A program made the translations under genes and the position numbers. A stretch of DNA of 64,000 nt, from assembly GCA_047638695.1 (NCBI GenBank), contig JBLINY010000005.1, forward strand, positions 28,075 to 92,074, given 5' to 3'. This DNA is from Acidimicrobiales bacterium. Its GTDB lineage: Bacteria > Actinomycetota > Acidimicrobiia > Acidimicrobiales > SZUA-35. The notes under the pieces are model-generated. The model searched no databases. It had not been told where the DNA came from and was given only the letters and a program-made list of their open reading frames with translations. This document shows, piece after piece, positions 54,673 through 63,701 of this stretch (position 1 is its first letter; every line of letters starts with the position of its first letter).

Positions 54673-55688
54673 CCGACGTCGTCCCTCAAACCGAGTTCCC
54701 CGGCGCTCGAAAAGTCGCCATCCTGCTTCTTCGATTGGGAGTCGAGAAGGCGGGACCGCTGCTTTTCGGACTGAAGAAGCACGAGGTGGCGGCCGTAGCC
54801 CGCGAGCTGGCAAGCCTCGGCATGGTCGACGCCACCACGGGAGATGAGGTGCTGCAGGAGTTCATTACCGCTGCGGCGGGAGAACCACCGCTCCCCATAG
54901 GGGACCCGGAGCTCGCTCATCACTTCTTGGAGGAGGCCCTCGGGGAGCGGACAGCCCGCGAGATCCTTAGCCACATCGATAGCACCGCACCCACCGTTCC
55001 CTTTCAGTTCTTCGATCGGCTCGACCCCGCGATTGTGGCCTTGAACCTCAGCCCCGAACATCCACAGACGATTGCCATGGTCTTGTCAACGCTCAACGTC
55101 GAATACGCAGGGGCCGTGCTGGAGAAGCTGCCATCTGAGGTGGTGCCCGAGGTGGCCGTTCGACTGGGCTCGATAGAGAAGGTCTCGAGTGCAGCGGTCC
55201 GGGAGGTCGAGATAGCCATCGAGGAGCGTGTGCGACCAAGCATGGAGAATCGCTTCTTCTCGACAAGTGGCGGCGTCGATGCTCTCGTCAAGCTTCTCGG
55301 GAACCTTCCAAAGGAAATGGGCGAACAGATCCTGGCCGCGCTCGACGAACACGATGCTGAGTTGGGAGCAGAAGTTCGTGCGCAGATGTTCGTGTTCGAT
55401 GATCTGGCGCTGCTCGACGATCGTCAGATGCAGACGGTGCTTCGCTCGGTCGATTCAGCTGTCCTTCCACTCGCTCTGAAGGGCACCAGCTCGGTGGTGA
55501 GGGACAAGTTCCTCGGGAACTTGTCATCTCGGGCCAAGGAAAACCTGGTCGACGAAATGGAGCTGCTCGGGTCGGTGCGAATGGCCGATGTGGCCGAGGC
55601 CCAGGGCGCCATTCTGGCTTCCGTCCAGGAGCTCGAGGCCAGCGGTGAACTTGTAATCAATCGTGGTGGTGATGACTTTGTCTCCTAG
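54669..55688 (+). CDS. fliG: Rotor/switch protein FliG
   Basis: GARKVAILLLRLGVEKAGPLL...MFVFDDLALLDDRQMQTVLRSVD...ALKGTS. ATGA overlap with fliF. Confidence 0.9.
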   Translation: MTDVVPQTEFPGARKVAILLLRLGVEKAGPLLFGLKKHEVAAVARELASLGMVDATTGDEVLQEFITAAAGEPPLPIGDPELAHHFLEEALGERTAREILSHIDSTAPTVPFQFFDRLDPAIVALNLSPEHPQTIAMVLSTLNVEYAGAVLEKLPSEVVPEVAVRLGSIEKVSSAAVREVEIAIEERVRPSMENRFFSTSGGVDALVKLLGNLPKEMGEQILAALDEHDAELGAEVRAQMFVFDDLALLDDRQMQTVLRSVDSAVLPLALKGTSSVVRDKFLGNLSSRAKENLVDEMELLGSVRMADVAEAQGAILASVQELEASGELVINRGGDDFVS

Positions 55689-56301
55689 CTCGTCGGCCGT
55701 ACTACGCGGACCCGAACTGCTCGACCTCCCGGTTGTCACGCTGACCAATGACGTCGAGTCATCCGGACCCTGGCGGCCAGAGCCGACACCCGAGGTGCCG
55801 ACTTCTGAACAAAAGGCTGCGATTGAGGAAGCCGAGCGTCGCGCCTACGACCAAGGTCGTCGGGACGGCATCGCCGAACGTGACGCCGAGATCGGCGCCG
55901 GCATGGCATCGTGTCTCAACGCGCTGACGATCGCCGCCGATCAACTTCGATACGCCGAGCAGGAGTGGACAGAGTCGCTGGCCGACCGGTCGATTCCACT
56001 CGCCCTCGAGATAACCGGCCTTCTGCTCATGCGTGAGCTCGAGCTGTCGAGCGACCCCGGGCGGGATGCAATCATCCGATGCCTCGATCAGATTGCCCCC
56101 ACCGAGTCAGCCTGCATTGCGCTGAATCCGGATGATCTGAATTGCCTCAACTCGGTCGATGATCTGTTTGCCGGCCGTTCAATCGAGCTCGTAGCTGATG
56201 CGGACATGCCGTCTGGTAGCGCCCGAGCAAACTTCGACGGTGGGACCATCGACGCGGTGCTTGCTAAGGCTCTCGAGCGAGTGGCTGAGGTGCTGCAGTG
56301 A
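55669..56301 (+). CDS. fliH: Flagellar export ATPase regulator FliH
   Basis: It lies between fliG and fliI. Central EEAERRAYDQGRRDGIAERDAEI coiled region and a C-terminal FliH/YscL-like domain. The start is uncertain (55663-55669). Confidence 0.65.
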   Translation: MMTLSPSSSAVLRGPELLDLPVVTLTNDVESSGPWRPEPTPEVPTSEQKAAIEEAERRAYDQGRRDGIAERDAEIGAGMASCLNALTIAADQLRYAEQEWTESLADRSIPLALEITGLLLMRELELSSDPGRDAIIRCLDQIAPTESACIALNPDDLNCLNSVDDLFAGRSIELVADADMPSGSARANFDGGTIDAVLAKALERVAEVLQ

Positions 56302-57653
56302 CCACCCTTCAGCACGACGCTCTGGCCACTGCCGCCCGACCGCTGCGGCTGGGTCGCCTCGATCGAATCGTTGGCACTCACGCAGAAGTCACCGGTCTGT
56401 CGCTTGCCACCGGCGACATCGTCGATGTCGGCGACGGGAACATAACGCAGGCCGAGGTCGTCGCTGTTGATCGGAACCGGGCCACCGTTCTTCCGCTGGG
56501 TTCCTTCCATGGCCGACGAGTGGGCGAACCGGTTCGAGCATTGGGTTCGACCCTGATGGCTCCAACCGGGGCGGGTCTGATCGGTCGAGTACTCGACGGG
56601 CTCGGACGCCCCATCGATGACCGCGGCGAGCTGCTCGATAGCCAGCTGGTGCCGCTTCACAATGAGCCGCCCCCGCCGATGCACCGACCGCTTGTCACCG
56701 AGCCTCTGCAAACGGGTGTGCGCGCAATCGACGGTCTCCTCACCGTCGGCAAGGGACAGCGCCTTGGCATCATGGCCGGGTCGGGAGTCGGAAAATCGAG
56801 TCTGTTGTCGATGCTCCTCCGGGGAACCGACGCTGACGTGACCGTGTTGGCCCTGGTTGGTGAGCGAGGTCGTGAGGTCCGGGAGTTCATCGAACATGAC
56901 TTGGGGCCGGACGGTCTCGCGTCTTCGGTCGTCATCGTTGCCACCTCTGATCAACCGGCGCTGATTCGACGAAATGCGGCGTATCTCGCCACCAGGGTGG
57001 CCGAGGGTTTTCGTGATGAGGGCGCCGATGTTCTCCTTCTGATGGACAGCCTCACTCGCTTTGCTATGGCTCAGCGCGAGATCGGCCTCGCCGGTGGCGA
57101 GCTGCCGGCATCCCGGGGCTACCCGCCATCGGTCTTCAACCAGCTTCCACAGCTTTTGGAGCGGGCGGGAACCTCACCGACGGGTTCGATTACCGGGTTC
57201 TACACCGTCTTGGTCGAAGGCGATGACATGAATGATCCGGTTGGCGACACCAGCCGCGCCATTCTTGATGGTCATCTCGTCCTCAGTCGGAAGCTAGCGA
57301 ACAGCGGCCATTTCCCGAGCCTCGATGTATTGCAGTCCGCCTCTCGGGTGGCGGGCAAAGTCACCTCGGCCGAACACCAGGCGGCCGCCAATCAGTTCCG
57401 TCAGCATCTCGCCACCTACGAGGAAGCGCGGGATCTTATCGAGCTCGGGATGTATGCGCCCGGCGCCGATCTGGCCATCGACGAGGCCGTCCGCCTTCAC
57501 CCGGACGTCATCGACTTCACCCGTCAGCCCATAGACCAACTCGAACAGTTTGACGACACCTTGAGAGCTCTCGAGGTCGTGGTCGGCCGACCAGCGATGC
57601 CCAATCAGAACGACCCGACAGGCACGATCCCAGAAAGCAAGATGACCCGATGA
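56298..57653 (+). CDS. fliI: Flagellum-specific ATPase FliI
   Basis: Walker A GSGVGKSSLL, Walker B VLLLMDSLTR. 451 aa. Confidence 0.95.
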   Translation: MTTLQHDALATAARPLRLGRLDRIVGTHAEVTGLSLATGDIVDVGDGNITQAEVVAVDRNRATVLPLGSFHGRRVGEPVRALGSTLMAPTGAGLIGRVLDGLGRPIDDRGELLDSQLVPLHNEPPPPMHRPLVTEPLQTGVRAIDGLLTVGKGQRLGIMAGSGVGKSSLLSMLLRGTDADVTVLALVGERGREVREFIEHDLGPDGLASSVVIVATSDQPALIRRNAAYLATRVAEGFRDEGADVLLLMDSLTRFAMAQREIGLAGGELPASRGYPPSVFNQLPQLLERAGTSPTGSITGFYTVLVEGDDMNDPVGDTSRAILDGHLVLSRKLANSGHFPSLDVLQSASRVAGKVTSAEHQAAANQFRQHLATYEEARDLIELGMYAPGADLAIDEAVRLHPDVIDFTRQPIDQLEQFDDTLRALEVVVGRPAMPNQNDPTGTIPESKMTR

Positions 57654-58087
57654 CGCCTATCAAGCGAATGATGCGAATCGCCGAGTTGTGCGAGACGCAG
57701 GAACGCCACGCGCGCCATGAGTTGCTGGAAGCGACGCGCGAGACCGAACGTGCCGAGGCGGCGCTGGCAGCAGTGTTCGACCAATGCCGCCAGGTAGCCG
57801 AGGGGTCAGGCGATCTCTCTCTCACGTTCGGTCGAGCGTTGATCGAGTCCGGCTGGTTGACAGCCCGAGAACGTGAAGAATGCCTCGAACTGAGCCGCGA
57901 TATCACACAGGAGAAGCAGGAAGTCTGGGGCCATCGTCGCTCTCGCCTTGATGCGCTGGCCCGGCTGATCGAGCGTCTGCAGAAGAGCGAAGATCTGGAA
58001 GCGGCTCGCATAGTGGCCGCTGACATCGACGATCTTGTTGCCATGAGCGGTCGGCGGGAGCAGCTCGTCGAGGGGTTACAGTCATGA
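57650..58087 (+). CDS. fliJ: Export chaperone/stalk protein FliJ
   Basis: 145-aa coiled-coil protein directly after fliI, with ATGA overlaps on both sides. Confidence 0.6.
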   Translation: MTPIKRMMRIAELCETQERHARHELLEATRETERAEAALAAVFDQCRQVAEGSGDLSLTFGRALIESGWLTAREREECLELSRDITQEKQEVWGHRRSRLDALARLIERLQKSEDLEAARIVAADIDDLVAMSGRREQLVEGLQS

Positions 58088-58668
58088 ACGTTGGTTCGCT
58101 GACCCGACCTGATGCTGGCGCACGAATCGACGAGCTACGGAGCACCCTGCAGTCTCTCTCCCGGTCTCGGCCGACTGAGGGCCTGAACTTCTCCCGCGAA
58201 CTCGAAAGACACCGCGCAGATAGCCCGGTGGACTCGCGGGAGGTTGCACCTCCATCCGCTCAGTTGTCATCCGACAATCGCGTTTCGGCTGCACCCGAGG
58301 AGTGGCAGAAGCTCTTCGAGATCGCCGGCGTTGTGCACGGTGTTGATCAGGCTTTGCTCGAAGCTGTTGCGGAAGTCGAGTCGGGTTTTGATCCTGGCGC
58401 CGTAAGCCCTGCGGGGGCACAGGGGCTGATGCAATTCATGCCGGCGACCGCGGCTGAACTTGGTGTCAACCCGCTCGAACCGGCTTCTGCCATTGATGGG
58501 GCGGCTCGCATGTTGTCCCGCGATTGGAGCCGTTTCGGGAGCGTTGAGCTGGCCTTGGCGGCCTACAACGCCGGTGCAGGTGCGGTTAGTCGACACGGTG
58601 GAATCCCGCCGTACGCCGAGACTCAGCGTTATGTCGAGAAGGTCATGGCTGCATGGGGGAGAGGTTGA
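58084..58668 (+). CDS. SLT-domain lytic transglycosylase embedded in the flagellar operon
   Basis: LLEAVAEVESGFDPGAVSPAGAQGLMQFMP...LALAAYNAGAGAV carries the catalytic E-S, GLMQ and AYNAG motifs. No signal peptide or TM is visible in the first 80 aa. Confidence 0.8.
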   Translation: MNVGSLTRPDAGARIDELRSTLQSLSRSRPTEGLNFSRELERHRADSPVDSREVAPPSAQLSSDNRVSAAPEEWQKLFEIAGVVHGVDQALLEAVAEVESGFDPGAVSPAGAQGLMQFMPATAAELGVNPLEPASAIDGAARMLSRDWSRFGSVELALAAYNAGAGAVSRHGGIPPYAETQRYVEKVMAAWGRG

Positions 58669-60248
58669 TGAGTAGCCCCGCGGTTCAGATCCCTGGCAAG
58701 CCAGCCTCCGCGCAGTCGACGTTTAACCAGCACGCGACTTTTGGGTCGGCGAGGCCCGGCGACGCTCGTTCGGCCGATGTCGAGTCGAGCTTCGCCCCGA
58801 AGCTCTCTGTTGCTCGCCGATCGTTGGAAAGGTCAGCCAGAGACACAGCCAGAGACACAGCCCGGACTGCACCGGATGAGGACCGTGGCACGGTAAGGGA
58901 CGAGCGCGAAGCCAACCCGGCGCGAGATGCTGCCCATGCTGCCGGTCAGCCAAACAGCTCGCAGCCGAATCCAATCCAACAGCGTGTCTCCTCGGCTGAC
59001 CGAACAGACGGCGATGGCGAGGGCCCGGTGTCCGATTCCCGAGGACAGGAAGCGGTCGCCGAGGCTTCAGCACGTCCGATGGCCGGCCATCGGGGCCTCG
59101 CCATGACCGGAGAACTGGAGGCAATCACCGGTGATGGCACAGACCAGTTATCCGAGCACCCGAGCTCGGTGCCTGTTGCCGACAGACTCAGTGACAGCCA
59201 GGGTGAATCGCCTTCGCTTGCGGATACCTGGTCGACAACCGTTCGGTCTGGTGACGTCGCAAGGCTCGGGGTCGCCGCATCGGACGGTCCCGCTGCCTTG
59301 ACCAACCCGCTATCGACCTTGACGGTGGATGCACTCAATGGGGCCTCTAGCAAAGATGCACTTGGCCAACACGCGGCGAGCGAAGATGGCGCAGCCGAGG
59401 ATCTGAGCCCGACCGTCGGTCTGAAAGCGCCGGGGACCGAGGATTGGATACCCACAGACTCCACTGAGGTCTCTACCGCGGACTCCGATGCAGGGCCAGA
59501 TGCAGGGTTCGACGTCGGCGCGATCGATCAAGGTGGAGCGGACGGAACAACACCCGATGCGACGGGGCCCGGCCAAGACCGCGGTGCATCCGACACCGCC
59601 GACGACGGGGCGAATGAAGTTGTCGCCGGAGGCGAAGCCGAAGGTGACCCCCTGACGGCTGACTCGGCTCAAGCAACGCCTCGCACCGAGAACCCGACCA
59701 GGATCGATGCTGACGGCAACAGGCTGGCAGCGGTCAATGGCAAGGATCCTGTGGGGCCGACCCAGTCGGCCACCCCGACTCAGGCGCTGTCATCGGAAAA
59801 CCTCGACGCTGAAACCCGATCGGCACTGTGGCAACAGCTCGAAGGGGCGTTGGGTCGAGCCCGGGCTGGTCTTGATGGCAACGAGGTTCGCATTCGGCTG
59901 CGTCCAGCCGATCTGGGCGAGCTGCTCGTTCAAGTTCAGACTCGTGGCGAGCACGTCACCGTGCGATTGGTTGCAAGCTCCGAGGCGGCTCAACAAGCCC
60001 TTCTCCTGGATCGGCAGCGGCTGACGGCTGAATTGGTCAAAGCCGGTTTCAGCGACGGATTTGTGGACGTCAGCCAAGACGACCTCGCCGGTCGAGATCA
60101 ACGACAGGGCGATCAGGGTGGCTCATCGTCGAGCAACTCGCTGTTTCCCACCGGAGCCGTGGCCGAACTCGATTGGCGCACAGACCAACCGCTCGAGCGA
60201 CTGCCGACAAACGTCGGTCGCCAAAGCTCGGTCAACGTGACGCTCTGA
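58668..60248 (+). CDS. fliK: Hook-length control protein FliK
   Basis: Long acidic low-complexity N-terminal region. C-terminal Flg_hook domain EVRIRLRPADLGELLVQVQTRGEHVTVRLVASSEAAQQAL. ATG 58668 is preceded by GGGGGAGAGG. Confidence 0.75.
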   Translation: MSSPAVQIPGKPASAQSTFNQHATFGSARPGDARSADVESSFAPKLSVARRSLERSARDTARDTARTAPDEDRGTVRDEREANPARDAAHAAGQPNSSQPNPIQQRVSSADRTDGDGEGPVSDSRGQEAVAEASARPMAGHRGLAMTGELEAITGDGTDQLSEHPSSVPVADRLSDSQGESPSLADTWSTTVRSGDVARLGVAASDGPAALTNPLSTLTVDALNGASSKDALGQHAASEDGAAEDLSPTVGLKAPGTEDWIPTDSTEVSTADSDAGPDAGFDVGAIDQGGADGTTPDATGPGQDRGASDTADDGANEVVAGGEAEGDPLTADSAQATPRTENPTRIDADGNRLAAVNGKDPVGPTQSATPTQALSSENLDAETRSALWQQLEGALGRARAGLDGNEVRIRLRPADLGELLVQVQTRGEHVTVRLVASSEAAQQALLLDRQRLTAELVKAGFSDGFVDVSQDDLAGRDQRQGDQGGSSSSNSLFPTGAVAELDWRTDQPLERLPTNVGRQSSVNVTL

Positions 60249-60321
60249 CTCCCTTGCTCTCCTACCCCTGGCTCTCTGGCCACTCGACTTTCAAGACACA
60301 TTCGATCTCCAAAGGAACCTC

Positions 60322-60759
60322 ATGACACCCACCATTTCCAACAAAGTACAACCAAACAGCAGCCTGCGAGAGCTGGCCGCCCAGACATCGGTGTCCAATG
60401 CGCCCTCCAGCTCATTGGACAAAGACGCGTTTCTCAAACTGCTGGTTGCTCAGCTGCGATTCCAGGATCCGCTCAACCCGAGCGATCCAGCCGAGTTCAT
60501 GGCGACCACCGCTCAGTTCACCACCATCGAGAAGCTCGACGAGCTGACCAAGCAAGGTGCCAGCAACGCCATCGTCACCGGCCTCAGCATGGCTAGCTCG
60601 CTGGTTGGTCGCACCGTCGACTACCTCGACCCTGACGATGTGCGGCAATCGGGCGTCGTGTCCAGTGCCCAGGTGATTGATGGCCAGGTGAAGCTCGTGA
60701 CCGACAACGGCACCATCGAGATGGACGCCGTCGTCGGGATCGGCCGCACTTCGAGTTGA
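60322..60759 (+). CDS. flgD: Hook capping protein FlgD
   Basis: LDKDAFLKLLVAQLRFQDPLNPSDPAEFMATTAQFTTIEKL. Confidence 0.85.
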   Translation: MTPTISNKVQPNSSLRELAAQTSVSNAPSSSLDKDAFLKLLVAQLRFQDPLNPSDPAEFMATTAQFTTIEKLDELTKQGASNAIVTGLSMASSLVGRTVDYLDPDDVRQSGVVSSAQVIDGQVKLVTDNGTIEMDAVVGIGRTSS

Positions 60760-60841
60760 CAGTTCCACAGCAGCCAAGGCCGTTCGCGGCATCTCCAACG
60801 AAACAACTCAACGAACAACAAAAAGCGAGGAAAACGAAATC

Positions 60842-62080
60842 ATGATTCGTTCCATGTATGCAGCGGTATCGGGTTTGCGGGCCCACCAGACGATGATGGA
60901 CGTCGTTGGCAACAACATTGCCAACGTCAACACCAACGGCTTCAAGAAATCAAATGTCATCTTCCAAGACATCCTGAGCCAAACGATCAAGGGGGCAAGC
61001 GCTCCCAACGACATCGTTGGCGGCACCAACAGTGCACAAATCGGGCTCGGGGCCCAAGTCGGATCGGTCGCACAGAACTTCCTCCAGGGAGCTCTACAGA
61101 GCACCGGTCGTGACCTCGACCTGGCGATCCAGGGAGACGGATTCTTCAACCTCGAACAGGATGGGCAACAGCGCTACACCCGGTCTGGGGCCTTCTTCGT
61201 AGATGCGAATGGGAACCTGGTTGGGGGCGAGGGTGGATTCGTTCAGGGTTGGACCGCCGATGAGGACGGTGCCATCAATATCTCGGGCGAGGCCGGACGG
61301 ATACGGATTCCAGCGGGCGAACAAATTGCGCCGATTGTGACGTCGGAGATCAGGCTCGGTGGCAACCTGCCATCCGACTCCAACGTTGGAGATGTCCACA
61401 TCACAAGCCTGAACGTGTTCGATGCCCAGGGGGCTACAGCCGATCTGACACTCACCTTCACCAAAAGCGCCATCAACACTTGGCAGCTGAGCGCGACCCA
61501 CGGAGACCCTGCAACACCGGTCGCGATTGCGGATGGCACAATGTCGTTCGACGCTGGTGGTCAGCTCGTCGGCCCCGCCGACTTCGACGCCAATATCGCT
61601 GCGGGTGGAATTCCCGGACTGGGTGCCATCTCGATTGCTGTGGGAGGAGAGCGCGGCGGCCCGGTAACGCAGCTCGCAGCTCTCGGCTCCGTGGCCGCGA
61701 TCACTCAGAACGGTTCCGCTACCGGTCAGCTTTCGGGTGTGACCGTCGGGCAGGACGGTGTCATTACTGGCTCATACAGCAACGGTCAGGTCAAGGCCAT
61801 CGCCCAGGTCGGGGTGGCGTCGTTCGCCAACCCCGAAGGCCTCGAGCGGGTTACAGGAACGAAGTTCCTGGCTTCGGCCAACTCGGGCTTGGCCCAGCTC
61901 GGTACTGCGGGTTCAGGTGGTCGAGGGCAGGTGGCGCCCGGGTCGCTCGAGATGTCGAACGTTGACCTGGCTGAGGAGTTCACCAACCTCATTCGCACCC
62001 AGCGAGGCTTCCAGGCCAACTCGCGGGTGATCACAACGTCGGATGAGATGTTGCAGGAGATCGTGAATCTGAAGCGCTGA
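60842..62080 (+). CDS. flgE: Flagellar hook protein FlgE
   Basis: MIRSMYAAVSGLRAHQTMMDVVGNNIANVNTNGFK and C-terminal LEMSNVDLAEEFTNLIRTQRGFQANSRVITTSDEMLQEIVNLKR. Confidence 0.9.
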   Translation: MIRSMYAAVSGLRAHQTMMDVVGNNIANVNTNGFKKSNVIFQDILSQTIKGASAPNDIVGGTNSAQIGLGAQVGSVAQNFLQGALQSTGRDLDLAIQGDGFFNLEQDGQQRYTRSGAFFVDANGNLVGGEGGFVQGWTADEDGAINISGEAGRIRIPAGEQIAPIVTSEIRLGGNLPSDSNVGDVHITSLNVFDAQGATADLTLTFTKSAINTWQLSATHGDPATPVAIADGTMSFDAGGQLVGPADFDANIAAGGIPGLGAISIAVGGERGGPVTQLAALGSVAAITQNGSATGQLSGVTVGQDGVITGSYSNGQVKAIAQVGVASFANPEGLERVTGTKFLASANSGLAQLGTAGSGGRGQVAPGSLEMSNVDLAEEFTNLIRTQRGFQANSRVITTSDEMLQEIVNLKR

Positions 62081-62189
62081 TGTAGCTCAGCGTCGCCTCA
62101 TTTGGGGCGGCGCTCTCATACCCGGATTCAACGAGTCCGAAGCTCGAAGTCAAGCCCTTCCCTGTGGGCCGTGCCCCTGGAGTTCTCTC

Positions 62190-63695
62190 GTGACAGATCT
62201 CAACACCTCGCCGCCACCGTCGCCGACTCTCGATTCGCTGTTCGTCGAAGTCGAATCACTCCCGTCTCCTCCGGTGACGGTGTTGGAAGTAGTCAGGCGC
62301 TCCGACGACCCCGACGTTCAGCTTCCAGAGCTGGCGAAGCTCATCGAGTTCGACGTCGCGTTGGCCGTTCAGATCCTCCGAGTCGCCAACTCTGCGCTCT
62401 ACTCACCGGTGAGCGAGATCACCACGATCGAGCGGGCGCTCACCACACTTGGGTTGCGTTCGGTGCGGCTCTTGGCTTTGTCAGCATCGCTTCGGATGCT
62501 GATTCCAGATCAGGTTGACGCCTTCGACACCTCTGAGATCCGAAGACGCATGGTGATCAACGGAAGCCTGGCTCGTAAGTTCGCGGTGGCCATCGACCGG
62601 TCGCAACAAGATGAGGCGTTCGTTGCCGGCCTCCTGACCGGACTCGGTCCCGTGGTGCTGGCCAGCAAGGCACGGGAGATCTGCGATCAACTTGTCAGCG
62701 AAACGGGCAAATGGCCAAACATCGAGGCCCAGCGGGAGTTGCTTGGCTTTAGCTGTGATGACATCACGGCCAACTTGTTGCGGGATTGGGCCCTGCCAGC
62801 ATCTCTCTGCAGCGCGATTGAGGGACGAACCTCGCCCGCCCTGGAGGACGATTCAACGCTGCAGAGGTGCTTGCGGTTGAGCTTGTTGGCCGAGGATTTG
62901 CTGTGCGGCCCCGATCCCGGTTCCGCCCTCGGTGAACTGCACAAGGCCACTGAAGCCGAGTTGGGAATGTCGGCCGAGGAGACGAACGAGTGGCTGGTGG
63001 AGGCCGAACCATTAGTCGCCCAAGCTGCTGAATTGCTCCAGTTCCAATTTCCCCAGACTCAGGCCTACCCCGAGTTGCTCGTCGAGGCGACGCTTCGCAT
63101 GCAGCAACTCGCGCTCGAGGCTCATACGACGATTGTCGAAGGTTCCCGCGAACTCGAGGCAATGACGAAGCGCAATCAGCGGTTGAAACACGAGGCCTCG
63201 ACCGATGCGCTGACTCAGTTGGCCAACCGGGGACACTTCGATGAAGAGCTGGCGACCCAGTTGCTGGAGTCCCGCGCCTCCGTAGGCACGGGTGCCGTTG
63301 GTCTTCTGATCATCGATCTCGATCACTTCAAGGGGATCAACGACGCGTACGGCCACTCGGTCGGAGATGAACTACTCAGGTCCGTTGGTGATCTTCTTCG
63401 GAAACAACTGCGGGGCGACGATCTGCCCGCTCGATTCGGCGGCGATGAGTTCGTCGTTCTTCTGCCGCGAACCGACCTGGCAGAGCTCGAACTTGTGGCC
63501 AACCGGCTTCTTACTAATCTGCGGGCCATCGAATTCACCCTGCCAAGTGGTGAACCCTTGCAGTTCACCGTCAGCATGGGCGGCGCCCTTAGCGGCGAGG
63601 CCAAGAACGAAACGGCCACGACGTTGTTGCGTCGGGCAGACGAAAGGCTGTATCAGGCAAAGCGTCAGGGTCGTAACCAGCTGAGTTTGATCTGA
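62190..63695 (+). CDS. HDOD-domain / GGDEF-domain diguanylate cyclase with an I-site
   Basis: HDOD: LPELAKLIEFDVALAVQILRVANSALYSP...ALTTLGLRSV. GGDEF: DALTQLANRGHF...LLIIDLDHFKGINDAYGHSVGDELL...RGDDLPARFGGDEFVVLL, with RxxD five residues before GGDEF. Confidence 0.85.
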   Translation: MTDLNTSPPPSPTLDSLFVEVESLPSPPVTVLEVVRRSDDPDVQLPELAKLIEFDVALAVQILRVANSALYSPVSEITTIERALTTLGLRSVRLLALSASLRMLIPDQVDAFDTSEIRRRMVINGSLARKFAVAIDRSQQDEAFVAGLLTGLGPVVLASKAREICDQLVSETGKWPNIEAQRELLGFSCDDITANLLRDWALPASLCSAIEGRTSPALEDDSTLQRCLRLSLLAEDLLCGPDPGSALGELHKATEAELGMSAEETNEWLVEAEPLVAQAAELLQFQFPQTQAYPELLVEATLRMQQLALEAHTTIVEGSRELEAMTKRNQRLKHEASTDALTQLANRGHFDEELATQLLESRASVGTGAVGLLIIDLDHFKGINDAYGHSVGDELLRSVGDLLRKQLRGDDLPARFGGDEFVVLLPRTDLAELELVANRLLTNLRAIEFTLPSGEPLQFTVSMGGALSGEAKNETATTLLRRADERLYQAKRQGRNQLSLI

Positions 63696-63701
63696 GTGGC
63701 G

